DNA of 64,000 nt from Camelus ferus (Eukaryota). The notes beneath the pieces are model-generated. The model did not search any database, had not been told where the DNA came from, and saw nothing but the letters and a program-made list of their open reading frames with translations. Position numbers and translations under genes: made by a program. Positions 26,161 through 37,942 of the stretch are shown one piece after another. Location of the stretch: assembly GCF_009834535.1 (NCBI RefSeq), contig NC_045696.1, forward strand, positions 105,588,001-105,652,000, in the 5' to 3' direction. Each line of letters opens with the position of its first letter. Positions within the stretch are counted from its first letter, which is position 1.

Positions 26161-26579
26161 GGTGGAAAGCTTTTTGGAGATGGAATAAGAGTTCCATAAC
26201 CAAAGGATCTGTAGTCAAGTAAGTTTTGAAAATGCTGCCCAAAAAAAACAGATATGTTTCTTCACTGTAGGACTCTGTAGAGACTTCAGTATACTATTGT
26301 GGATCTCCAAGAAGGAGACATAGTAAAGTTTCCCAAAGTTATTTGACACTGGAGTACTCTATCTTTTATATGACCCTTATTAGGACTTCACAGTGTGAGA
26401 CATGCTGTATGATGCTACCTGTAGATGCCCGTATGAATACACATACAATATGTGCACACATTGTGTGTATAGAACCAACATCCCCACTAATTCTGACCTC
26501 AGTCTTCTGACAATCAGATTAATACATAACCCAATTAGCTTGATACATAATCTGATGATGTATGTTTGTGTAATTTAGA

Positions 26580-26918
26580 AATATAGGGTAGGCAAAAGAA
26601 AGATAAGTGTGGTTATAAGAGGGCAATAACATGAGGGACCCTTGTGATGTTGGAACTATTTGGGTGGAAACATGAACCTACTCAGGTGATAAATTCTATA
26701 AAATTTCATATACACACACAAACAAATACAAATAAAATTGGAGAAGTCTGAATAATATTGATGGATTGTATAAATGTCAATATACTGGTTGTGATACTAT
26801 ACTACAGTTTTGCAAAATGTTACACGGAGGGAAACTAGACAAAGTATCAAGGGATTGCTCCATTCTAATAACTGCATGTAAATCTACAACTATCTCAATA
26901 AAATTTCAGTTTTAAAAA
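26580..26918 (+). mobile_element. L1MC-like 3' end fragment
   Basis: ATGAGGGACCCTTGTGATG...CAGTTTTGCAAAATGTTAC...ACTGCATGTAAATCTACAACTATCTCAATAAAA resembles the L1MC 3'UTR. Confidence 0.7.
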
Positions 26919-27276
26919 TGGACAAGATTAAACTGTATTCTCAACTTCAAAAAGGAAACTAAGACTTCTACAAAACATTTTCAAAAATTTCCATGGAGAG
27001 TGGCTGAATATTTTGGTGCTTTTGGGAATGAGCTGCATTTCTCTAGGAAATAACCACTTACATAGAATAAATTCTGCTTTAACAATGGTGGAAATATGAA
27101 GTGTCTATGTAATGTTGTTGTGAGCACTGGCCCCAACAGCTCCTGCTCAGGAAACCAGCTAAGGAAGACTGCAAAAATATGCAGAGCCTAAGCTTGAGCA
27201 AGAGCAAATTCCTGAAACTGCAAAGTGATCACACTATGGCATGTGATTTTGATTTGTCTGTTGTCTGCTTGTCCAT

Positions 27277-28196
27277 GTTTTTTGTTTGTTTGTTTGTTTG
27301 TTTTAACATTTTTATTGAAGTATAGTTGATTTACAGTGTTAGTTTCAGGTGTACAGCAAAATGATTCCATTATACATATATATACATATATTTTTTTTCC
27401 TTTCAGAGTCCTTTCCATTATATGTTATTACAAGAAAGAATATAGTTCCCTGTGCTATACAGTAGGTCCTTGTTGTTTGTTTTATATACAGTAACATGGG
27501 TCTGTTAATCCCCAGTCCTTAATTTATCCCTCCCTGCCCTTTCCCCTTTGGTAACTATAGTTTGTTTTCTACGTCTGTGAGTCTGTTTTTGGTTTTTAAA
27601 TAGAATTTGTATCATTTTTTTTAAATTCCACATATATGTGATATATGATATTTCTCTTTGTCTGACTTACTTCACTTAATATGATAATCTCTAGGTCCAT
27701 TTGTTGCTGCAAATGGCATTATTTCATTCTTTTTATGGCTGAGTAATATTCCATTGTACATATAATAATAAAAATTAAAGCCATATCTTTATCCAGCCAT
27801 CTGTCAGTGGACACTGAGGTTGTTTCCATGTTTTGGCTATTGTATATAGTGCTGCTGTGAACATTGGGGTGCATGTGTCTTTTTGGACTATAGTTTTCTC
27901 TGGATATATATCCAGGAGCAGGATTGCTGGATCATAGGGTAAGTCTATTTTTAGTTTTTTAAGGAACCTCCATACTGTCCTCCATAGTGGCTGCACCAAT
28001 TTACATTCCCACCAACAGTGTAGGAGTGTTCATTTCTCTCCACACCCTCTCCAGCATTTATTATTTGCAGACTTTTTAACAATGGCCATTCTAACTGGTG
28101 TGAGGTGATACCTCACTGTAGTTTTGATTTGCATTTCTCTAATAATTAGCAATACTGAGCATCTTTTCATGTGCCTGTTGGCCATCTGGATGTCTT
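27277..28196 (-). mobile_element. 5'-truncated LINE-1 3' end
   Basis: ORF2 C-terminal remnant ([28 protein letters not shown]), 3'UTR and (TTTG)n tail. TSD CTTGTCCAT at 27268-27276 and 28197-28205. Confidence 0.9.
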
Positions 28197-28479
28197 CTTG
28201 TCCATTTTTTTTTATGAGTATAGCCTAGTAGACAAGAACACAGGCTCAGAATCACATAAATGTAGGTGCCACCACTTCTCACATGGTCTTGGACAATTAC
28301 TTTCTCCAGTTTTTTCATCTGCAGTGTAGGGATAATAGTTTTTACACTGTTGGGATGTTGTGAGGAGTAAATGCAAACATGGATTTAAACCATTTAGCTG
28401 ACACACAGTATATGCTTATTAACAATAGGTATTTTTATCACTACAATTTAAAATCACATTTCCTAACAATGAATACAGA

Positions 28480-28925
28480 TTACCATAGGAGTCTGTATAG
28501 AATAATATAATTCTAAAATAAAAATTAAAGTAAACAAGGAATTTGTTTTTCTAGTAAAATATCACTACAAAATTGGCTCAAGAAAATGTAAAAGACATTA
28601 ATAGATCGATAACCCAGAGAAGATACAGAAAAAATAGTACTCTATGCCTTTAAAAACAGCCACGTTAAGATGGTATGTATGGGCAAATTGTACTGAGCCT
28701 TAAACAAACAAAGATTATTCTCAGACTATCCAATCAGAACATAGTAAATAAAGTTTCTTAGCTCCTTTTACAAGGCTAGCTTTAACCCTTATACCAAATC
28801 TGCCCCCAGCCCCTAACACACACAACTGGGTCAGGCACACTTTTGAAATATAGAAGAAGAAATCCTCAATTATGTATCCTCAAATTGAATTTGGCAGAGT
28901 ATTAAGAGAATAATAAAACAGTGGA
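28480..28925 (+). mobile_element. Ancient L1 ORF2 fragment
   Basis: A-rich decayed sequence including CTCCTTTTACAAGGCTAGC..CTTATACCAAA (SFYEA.ITLIPKP-like). Confidence 0.55.
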
Positions 28926-29321
28926 TTCTGGGGGAAGGAGAAATAAGAAGCTGATTTACCACTATCTTTCCTCGTGCCCTGGGCACCAGCTGCTTTGTTT
29001 ACAGAAAAAAAACAGAGAATCAGCTAACCCAACCTGTCAGTTCAACTGAGCAGTCAGTCAGTTAAGTGAAGGTCTATAAAGACATTTACTGTGTGGGTGT
29101 GTGTATGATGGGGCGAGGTGTGAGTGTATGTGAGAGACAAAGAGTTGAAAGAACTCATAGTGTATAAAGTGTTTTTTACCCTTTTTAACTTACTATTTTC
29201 ACATAAGCCTATCCTTCATAAAGATCATCTGAAACAACTAATGACCATTTCTTCTTCTGGATGTACCATTTTTGACATAAGTAACCCCTTATTGTTAGGT
29301 ATTTAAGTTTCTCTTTTTAAA

Positions 29322-29481
29322 CTTTTTTTATTTTTAATTTAATTTTATTTATTTTTATCTTTGGGGGGCTAATTAGGTCTTTTACTTATTTATTTATTTT
29401 AATGGAGGTACTGGGGATTGAACCCAGGACCTCATGCATGCTAAGCATGCACTCTACCACTTGAGCTATCCCCCCAACCCC
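29322..29481 (-). mobile_element. tRNA-Ala-derived SINE (camelid vic-1-like)
   Basis: Reverse-complement copy of the 5229 element. TSD TAAGT(T/A)TCTCTTTTT at 29304-29318 and 29482-29496. Confidence 0.9.
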
Positions 29482-31099
29482 TAAGTATCTCTTTTTTAAT
29501 GCTAGAAATTACATTGCAAAGAACACATTTCGGCCTAATTCTTTGTCCACATTTCTGATAACTTCTTAGGACCTATTTTTAGGAGTAAAATTATTGTATC
29601 AACTATTAATACCTATTAAAAATCTTGATGCATTTGGCCTAAGTGCCCTCCAAAAAGTTGGCCTCATTTATACTTCCTGTGATGCACAAGCATGCTCTTT
29701 TTACTTTGTCCTCAGTAGCTTTTAAGTTTTCTCTTTTCTTAACCTGTGTTAATCCAATGTGTTAAGAAGGACAGTCACTGTCTTTGAATTTAGCAGTGAT
29801 GGTAAACCTTCTTTCCCACGTTTGTCAACCAGTTCCTTTGCTGTCCATTGTCTTTACTTGAGTAAAGACAAACCCTGAAGTCAGCTGCCTTATAGAAATC
29901 TCTCAGTGTCATTTTTTTTCAATACGAAGTCTAAAGCACGTGTGTCTTGGGCCGGCCATCAGCCAGGTACCTGGCTAGCCTAATGATGGACAGCTGGAAA
30001 CCCGAGTACCTCCCTGCAAAACCACTCTCCTAATGACCAGCCCTCTGAATAAGCCAAGAGGAGGATAAAGTGAAAAGGCCATATGTGAGGTCTCTGAATG
30101 GCCACAGGACTGGAAACACTATTACACTTGTTTTTAATCTCCCCACCCTCCGTTCATCTCTCTCCTTTTAATTTTCCTAAATGGCCCAGCCGCTGCTGTT
30201 GAGGAGAAGGTATTTAATATGGGTGAGGATTTAGCTGTTCTTCCAGGAACAGGCTGGGCCACTGCTTTTGAAATGTCATCTTGATTTGCTGCTTCCCCGC
30301 TAAGTAAGAGACTTACTAGGGCTTAGGGGATGAATCTGGAAACAAACCTCCCTAATGAAATGGCCTGGGGCCTCGCCCACAGTTGTAGCTCTGGGGACAG
30401 CTGCCCAAGAAGCAGAGCACCTGACAGGGAAGGAGTCTGGGACCTGAATGACCATCCTCACAACCCCTTTTGTATCCCCCACCCCAGCTCCAGCTGCTCA
30501 GAACAGCACCAAGTTCCTTGGTCTCCCCTCTCCCCACTCCTCATTCCATACAAGTTCCTCCAGCACCCTGTACTTATACCTCTGCTACCATTCATTCCAA
30601 GGGTTGGAATTACCAGTTGACTCCCACTTTTCCTTCCTCCTACACCCACTCCACACTGAGTTCTTTCAGAACAGGGATTGATATACTTTGCCAGGATAAC
30701 TTGGTGTGGGATAGTGTTGATTCAGAAGTTGTTCAATAAATAATTGGCGAGTGGATAAGGGAGTGACTCCCTGGGCGATCCTTAACAAGATCCTTAACAT
30801 CTTTACAGTTATGCCTCAGTTTTCTCATCTGTCAAGTGGAAATGCAGATCCCTGCTCTACCTCACTGACAGAGGCACTGGGAACCACTAACAGGGGGCTG
30901 TGAACACCTTGTATTCAAAGGATACAGTAGTGTCATTGTGTGTACTTCTCAAGGGGATCTGAACAAGAGCATGAGCGGGATCTGGGATCAGCCCTGAGCT
31001 GCGCCTGCTAAGCCCTGTGCCCTGGCTCATGGCTGTGTCAGGCTCAGAGTACCATCAAAGAGGCATAAAACAACTCAGTGGCAGAATTATTTGGCCTCT

Positions 31100-31815
31100 G
31101 TCTTTGGCTGCCCAAAAGCTAGCGCCAGATGATCTATCAGCTCAAGTGACCCAACTGGCGGGCTACTTTCCCCATAGCCTAGACCTGCTGCAAAGCCCTT
31201 TCATGCTTAGGCCCCCGCTAAAAGCTGTCAACTCTCCTTATCCCCCATAAGTGGATCAGGCCAGTATTCCCAAATGCAGTGCATGCTACCTCCAGAACCC
31301 ACAGAAGCCCACCAGCACTGTGCTGCTTTTGCTGGAAGGTGCCAGATGTAGTAATTGTCTCTGACCACTGAACCCTCAAAAATTTCACATAGAAGTCTGT
31401 GTCTTCATAGGATCTATCTCCAACCATACAGAGAATACATGTCATACTAGCACCTCCAATGTACCTGCCATTTCTTGGTCATCTAGCTCAGTCACCATGT
31501 TGTCATCAATCTAGTGAACCAATGTGACATTCTTCAGAATGTCCAGAAAGTCCAGGTCCCCTTTGCACTATATTGTAACATAAAATCAGAGAAATAACAT
31601 CACCCTGGGGCAGGACCATAAGTGTGTACTGTTGGCTAGCCCATGTGAATCCAGACTGATTCTGCTCCTATTTCATGATGGGTGTGGCCAGGAACACAAC
31701 TGCCAGATTGATGTTCACATATCACCTGCTGGAGACGGTGTGGATCTTCTCCAGCACGGAGCACACATCTGGCTTAGCAGCTGCAGTGGGGTACCTCTTG
31801 GTGTTAAAATAAAGA
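31100..31815 (-). pseudogene. ERV-L pol (reverse transcriptase) remnant
   Basis: LPQG motif and YIDD catalytic box with Tyr mutated to TAG; many stops and frameshifts. Confidence 0.8.
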
Positions 31816-34239
31816 CTACTCAAGATCAAAATTTGATGGCTTAGTGAAAAGGTTTCACTGCCAAACAGGGAATTTGATTCAGCGCAAATTCTAGGGAAGC
31901 TCCTGGGAATGAGGTGCAAGGAAAGAGAAATAGGGAGGCTCTGTCAAAGCCAACAGACTGGGAGATGTTTTTGTTCCACATTCAGAAAGCAAAGTCTGAG
32001 TGAGGCTGATTCAGTGACAATAATTGAGTTTTTCTGTTGTATGAGCATTGGAGGTGGTCCGCTGTATACAGGTGGTGCATGTCTTGGAATTACATCATCT
32101 GCTGAGTATCTGCGGTCCCTGCCTCGGGCTTACCAGCTGCTCTGTGATGTGTCTGAGTTAGGGTTCTTTCACCCAGTCAAGTCTGACAGGTATTGGCAGG
32201 CTAACTGGCCAGGTCAGAGCTCACCACTGGTTAAGTGAGGGTAGTTCACTGCTGTCCATCAGCACGCAATAAGATGTTGTAGGTGCCAGGCTGCTGAATG
32301 GAATAGGAACCTGACATCCTGTAGGTCTTAAGGGGAGTGTGAATTTCTGGCAGCCCTCCCAGCATGAGGCATTACTATTTAAGGTACTATCTTGGCCGGG
32401 AGGAGGGTGGTCTCAGAACCTCTGCTTGGTTTTTCTCACTACCATTATTCTTACCCCACAGGCCAGGGAGCTGATATGAGGTCTCTGCAAACTGTCAAGC
32501 AAGTCCATTCCAATTGTACATTTGGGGCTGTGGGTCCCATGGACCCCCTGTGAGGTACATCTTTCCAGGGGAGCCATGATGGCACTTTGGCTCTGGGTAT
32601 CAGTGTCAGCTCAGATGCTGCGAAAAGTCTGAAAATTGTTATATTCTCTCCAGTGTGTGGTTATCTGAGTAAATGACCATAAGCAATTAGAGAATTAATG
32701 AGTAGTAATGAATCAGTAATTATTTCTGACAGCAGTTGCTTCAGAGTTGCCAGGTCCTTCCTCATAGGAACCTAGCCTCCCCTTGTTGGCTGGCCCTCTG
32801 TCCTGTAAGGAAGACTGTGGTCCTTTAAGTCTGTCTGTAGTATTACCCAGGCAGGGCACTTCTAACCCAGTCAGACTTTGCCACTTATCGCCATAGTTAC
32901 ACCCACCTTTCATCTGAGATTTAACACTACCATTTGGCCTCTATCACAGGGGACTCTATCACTCCCCATTGCTACAAGGAAGCCTAGTCCTGTAACAGTA
33001 TCTCTTACTAACGTCAGCCCTGGTCCACTGAGCTGCTCAGTGATGCCAGAGCCCCTCTCGGCTCCTTCTGCGTCATCTCGGTAAACAGAATTATGCCCTC
33101 TTAGCCCTCTGTGGAACGTAACTGACCTTTTCCAACCTTATGGAGTACACCCACTCTCTCCTCTAAGCCTTTTGCTCCCTTCCACGCTGTCCGCCACAGC
33201 GTCTGTCAGGTCTGCTTCACTTTGTGTGTGGCTGTCACTTCTGCCAAGTTTCCAAAAGCCATCCCAGCAGCATATTAGCTCAGTCTCCTGACATTCTTGC
33301 CAGGATGTTAAATCCTCTATGTGCTACCATCTCAATAATCTCTTGCCTATCTGGCTTTATATCCCCCCTCCCTTGATATAGCACGTGAGCCAATCCCACG
33401 TGTACCCTCCCAAGTCCTTCCACTCATATAACAAGTTGGCCAGATGCAGCCCCCTTCAGCAGGCCCCGCATCTCTCCAGTCAGGTCCTCTCAGATTTGAT
33501 CCTTGCTATTGATCTGGTTTCCAGGAAGAAAAATGGGGATAAACCCCAAGAGAGCTAAGCACTGTTTTATAAAGCACTTGCCTTATTTCATTTGAGGCCT
33601 TCACATGATCTTCAAACAGGTGGTGGGGGTGGGGAGAGGACAATTGTCTTATAATAATGGGGAGGGGGTCACTTCTGACCAGCAGGTTCATTGGAATCTG
33701 AGAGTTCAAGGTTCTCAATTGTATCAGCCTAGATACCCCTGTCTCAGTTGCCCTAGACTTGTTGTGCAAGGCTCATTGAAGCTGAGAATTCAGCCTCTGA
33801 GGGTCTACGACTCTTACAATTAAGTCTAGTCTTCTGCTCTGTCTGTCCTCTGGCCGTATAAGATTAGCATCTCATTAGATGATGCCAGCAAGGCTCTCTT
33901 GCCTTCCCATTTTGTATGAAATTGGTGATTAATTACCCAGAGCTAGCTGTCATCTCTCTTCACAAGTCAATGACACTCAGCAACAGCCACCCAGTCTTAC
34001 AGTCCTCGTAGCTACCATTTCCCTCTCACTTCCCTTAAATGCCAGGGATGATACATCAGTCTGCACTGCCTCCCAGCAGTATCCCAAACCCGTGCACCAA
34101 GGTAAAAGTATTAGCGACGGCACCTCTACCGCACACCAGGGGCCACCTGTGCTCAGCAGGGATGGGGTCCTCATTGCCAGCCAGCTGGTAAGGGATCACA
34201 TTTTAAAGCCTGATTCTCAAGACTATTCTGGATACCGAC

Positions 34240-34628
34240 TGTCTTAGACTGGGCTCCCTAAAAACAGACTCTGAGACAGAGAACTGTGTGCAGAAATTCT
34301 ACCAGGGGTGCTTTTGAGAGAGACACAAGTTGGGAGGAAGGAAGGTGGGATGGGGCAGAAGAGAAGCTGACCCACAGTACAATTTGCAACTGAGGCCTCA
34401 GCTGATCCTGCTGGCTGTTCTCACTACCCCTGCACCAGCCCATCATTGGCCCATGGGCTGTCCCTAAGAGGGGATATAACCTTAGATGGGGCCATTTTCT
34501 GCCACAGAGGGCAGGGCCCAGTGAGGGACAGAGCTGTGAGCCATCTGCAGCAATATTCCCAGCAGCTGAGAGATGGGGGTGTCTGCCCTGAAGAGGCGAT
34601 CTGAGCAGAGCACCATGGTACCCACGGT
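34240..34628 (-). mobile_element. LTR16-like LTR (5' LTR of the ERV-L relic)
   Basis: TGTCTTAGACTGGGCTCCCTAAAAACAGACTCTGAGACAG on + resembles the reverse of the LTR16 3' end. It abuts a PBS-like GGTATCCAGAATAGT on minus. Confidence 0.75.
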
Positions 34629-37465
34629 TTTCCCTCACCCCATTTCCTAAAGGCCCCACCCCTGCTGTGGACTCCTGGGACCAAAGGCCTTGGCCCACCA
34701 ACCACAGGGTAACTGCAAACTTGGCTTTGGGGAGGGATGTGACTTCAGAAACTGATCCCTAAGTAGCCACCATTCAGACAGGGATACCAGTGCCCACTGC
34801 CCTTTGAGTTGAATCACCATGGAGAGAAGGGCTGAAGGCCAGGACCGTGAGTCTCTGCCTCCCTTCTGTCCCACACCTATGAGTGAGCAAAAGCTGCCGC
34901 ATTAACCACTCCCTGCAGAGCCTTCATTAGGAGCTGAGAAGATCCAAGCTAAGGACCCCTCCTGCAGCCCACAGCTCTAACACTGTCTGGGCTCTCCCTT
35001 CACTGCCTCCTACGGTGAATGACAGGTCCTGCCCTTAGTACAGCACCTGAGTTCTGCTGTTCACTGGGCCATGGGTGTCTGCCTTATCACAGGCCCCTGC
35101 CCAAGCACCCTACACACATGACCTCACTCAACTATTGTAGCAATCTTCAGAGAACTCTGAAGACAGTTATTATTGTTCCCATTTTAGAGATAAAGAAACT
35201 GAGGTCCAGAGAGACAAGGTGACTTGCCTACAGCTCCCAAGGCAGTGAGCAGCTGAACCAGCATCTCAACCCAGCTCTTTTCTCCCCTCTCCCCATTCTG
35301 CAAATTGCCTGGTCAGATGGTGAGCTCCCAGGGGCTGGGGCCCTGTCCCTTCCTTCTCCATTGGACCTGGCATGGCCACCTGTAGGTCTCAGCAAAGCCA
35401 TGGAGGGGGTTAAGGAGCAGCCCAGGAGCCCCTGCTGTGCTGACCACCTTCAGTCTGCCGGGACTGAGGGGTGTTCCCAGCACTCTCACCCTTCTCTCTT
35501 CCCATTCTTGCTTCGGTTTTCAGGAGAAAGAGGGCGGTAGGTCAGTGATCATGGATGGGGTTTGGCCTTGGCATGCAAGACCCCTGAGCCCTGCACCCAT
35601 CACTGCTCTTCCTCCAGCTTCCTCCCTCTCTGCAACCCACCCATAATCCAGCTCTGCCTTCAAGGTTCAACTCAAGTGTCACCACCCCCAGAGGCTGTGT
35701 CATCTGAGCCCAGAAAGCATCGGTGCTTCTGTCTGCTCCAGCACTTCACATATCACCCCAATCAGCCTTTGACACACCTCACCTGTGCCCACACTGGGGG
35801 TGCAGCTCCGGGCATTCACAGGTGATCCCATGGCAATGACCATGGTTCCCAGTGGTAAGCCCTGTCTCCCCAGATTGCTGCTCCCTGGCCTGCCTGCCTA
35901 TCTTGGTTGACTCAAGCACCACGCCAGGTGCTTTAAACCCACAACATAATTTGGTGCTCAAGAGTTCCCTGCAGATTAGCTTCATTTTACGGATGAGGAA
36001 ATCGAGCCTCACAGCAGTCAGTGACTTGCCCAAAGGCATACAGTGGTGAAACCAGGATTCAAACCAGGTCCTCTTGACTCCAACGCCCGCTCTTTCTGGT
36101 GCGCTGCAACTTGGCACATAACTGAACACCACCGCCTTCTTGTGCACAAGACCTCCTCCATTCATACCTCCTTACTTCCCCTCAGTTATCCAAAGCCAAG
36201 TGGCAGCCTTGACCTTGACCTCTCCCACACCTCAGTCAGCCCCCCAGTCCTTTCCCACCACCTCCCCAGTTCTTCTCCCGTCAACCCCCTTCTCTCCATT
36301 CTCAGTGTCCCTGCCCGAGACAGTTCTCGCTGTCTCTTACTGGATTCGCACCCCAACCTACCCTCCCCTGACTCTTCCAACCTTGTTACCTCTTTATCCC
36401 CTCCCCACAAAATCCCAACCTGCTTTTCTATCATAGTCCTGCCTCTTCCTAAGTGAGCCTTGCTTTATCACAACTCTGTGTATGTCGACAGTGCTGCCCC
36501 TACTCTCTGCCTGTGAGCTCCTGGTCATCCCTAGAAACTCAGTGTAAATGTCACCTCTACTGAGAAGCCCTCCCAGACCCTCCAAGCAGGGACAGGTGCC
36601 CCACCTTCGACGTCTCTCCTGTCCTTTGTCACTCACTAGTGCAATTGTTTAATGTGTGCATGTGTCTCCCCCACTACTCTCTGAGCTTCTTGGAAGCAGC
36701 GACTGTCTCTTATCTATCTCTGGCATTTTGTTTTGTGTGTGCGTGTGCATGTGCACATGCGTGCGTGTGCATCTTTAACCTTGGGTGCAGAGGGCTGCAC
36801 AGAAGGTGCTGCTCAGTTTCATGGAACTTTATCATCACTGGTCCACGAAACCCTCTCTCCCTTTACCCATCCCCACTCCCTCTCTCCTCCTTCTCCTGTG
36901 TCTCTCTGCATACCCAAAATGTGACCACAGAGCACAAAGGATGCTCAGCAAATGTAGTAGGTGCAGGAGATGGGTGATAAATTAATCGTGCATCCTATTT
37001 AATGTCACTCCTTGCAGTTTCCATTGGTAAGCCAAAATGGAAAAGGATATGGTTTAGCTGCTGCAGTCTAGAAACCTCAAATTGCCAAGGAAATCAGAGT
37101 TATTGAAAGATTAATTCTTCACCGTTGACGGCCTGGCAGTTGCAGAGAGAAATGAAAAACAATACACACACCAGAGGCCTATTTATCATTTAGAGACTGC
37201 AAGGTATGATTTTTCAGTGCAAATTCAGTTCAATCCAACAATTCCAAGATGAAACTCTCAGCACTTCATCCAAGAGCACTGTCCTCCCAGCAGTCGTACT
37301 TCCTTCTAAAGATGCCACTGTTGTCACAGATCACTTGGAATTGTCCCCTCACGCAACTGTCTAGAATGCTTATCTGGGGCAGTTCACTCACTGCTCTTAA
37401 GATCATTGTCAGGATTTTGAGGCCACAACTCCCTTTGGAACAAAAACACATTCCAATTTAATCAC

Positions 37466-37942
37466 TGTGATGGATGCCAAAAAAAAAAAAAAAATGAAGC
37501 CACAGTTCTTCATTTCTCCTTGTATCTAATCATTTAATTTATGACTTGTTTTGGCCAATGGGATGTTGGCAAAGATGATACACAGGCTTGAAATGGACTT
37601 GCACACTGAGGTTTGATTCTCTTTACACCTCTGCCATCACCATGAGGCTGTGCCCCAGCTAGCCTGATGGAGGATGAAAGACAAGTCAGACCTGAGTCCC
37701 CCAGGAATTCCAGATGAGGCCATTCTAGACCAGTCATCACCCAGCTACTCTCTAGATACCGCAGCAAGCTCAGCCGAGCTCAGCTGACCACAGACACACG
37801 AGCAAGCTAAGATCAGCCAAACCCAGCCCAGATCAGCTGAACCCCTGATGAGTCATAAGCTAAATTATATTCATTGTTGTGGGTCCCTGAGGTTTCTGTG
37901 GTTGTTTCTTTTGCAGCAATACTGTGGCAGTTGACAACTGAC
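37466..37942 (+). mobile_element. MLT1-like (MaLR) solo LTR
   Basis: TGACTTGTTTTGGCCAATGGGATG, TCTGCCATCACCATGAG and the end GTTGTTTCTTTTGCAGCAATA...AACTGACA resemble MLT1. Confidence 0.7.

Larger units (their letters stand above)
31090..34628 (-). mobile_element. Decayed ERV-L provirus (LTR16/HERV16-like): 5' LTR, gag, pro and partial pol; 3' end missing
   Basis: Minus-strand remnants in proviral order: LTR (34240-34628), gag-like LIVRVVDPQRLNSQ (~33780) and GLGFLVAMG..RGQMVVLN (~32900-33000), protease-like SELTLIP (~32600), RT-like AAAKPDVCSVLEKIHT, QQYTLMVLPQG, TLVH*IDD (31502-31525), VKFLRVQW. Confidence 0.85.
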
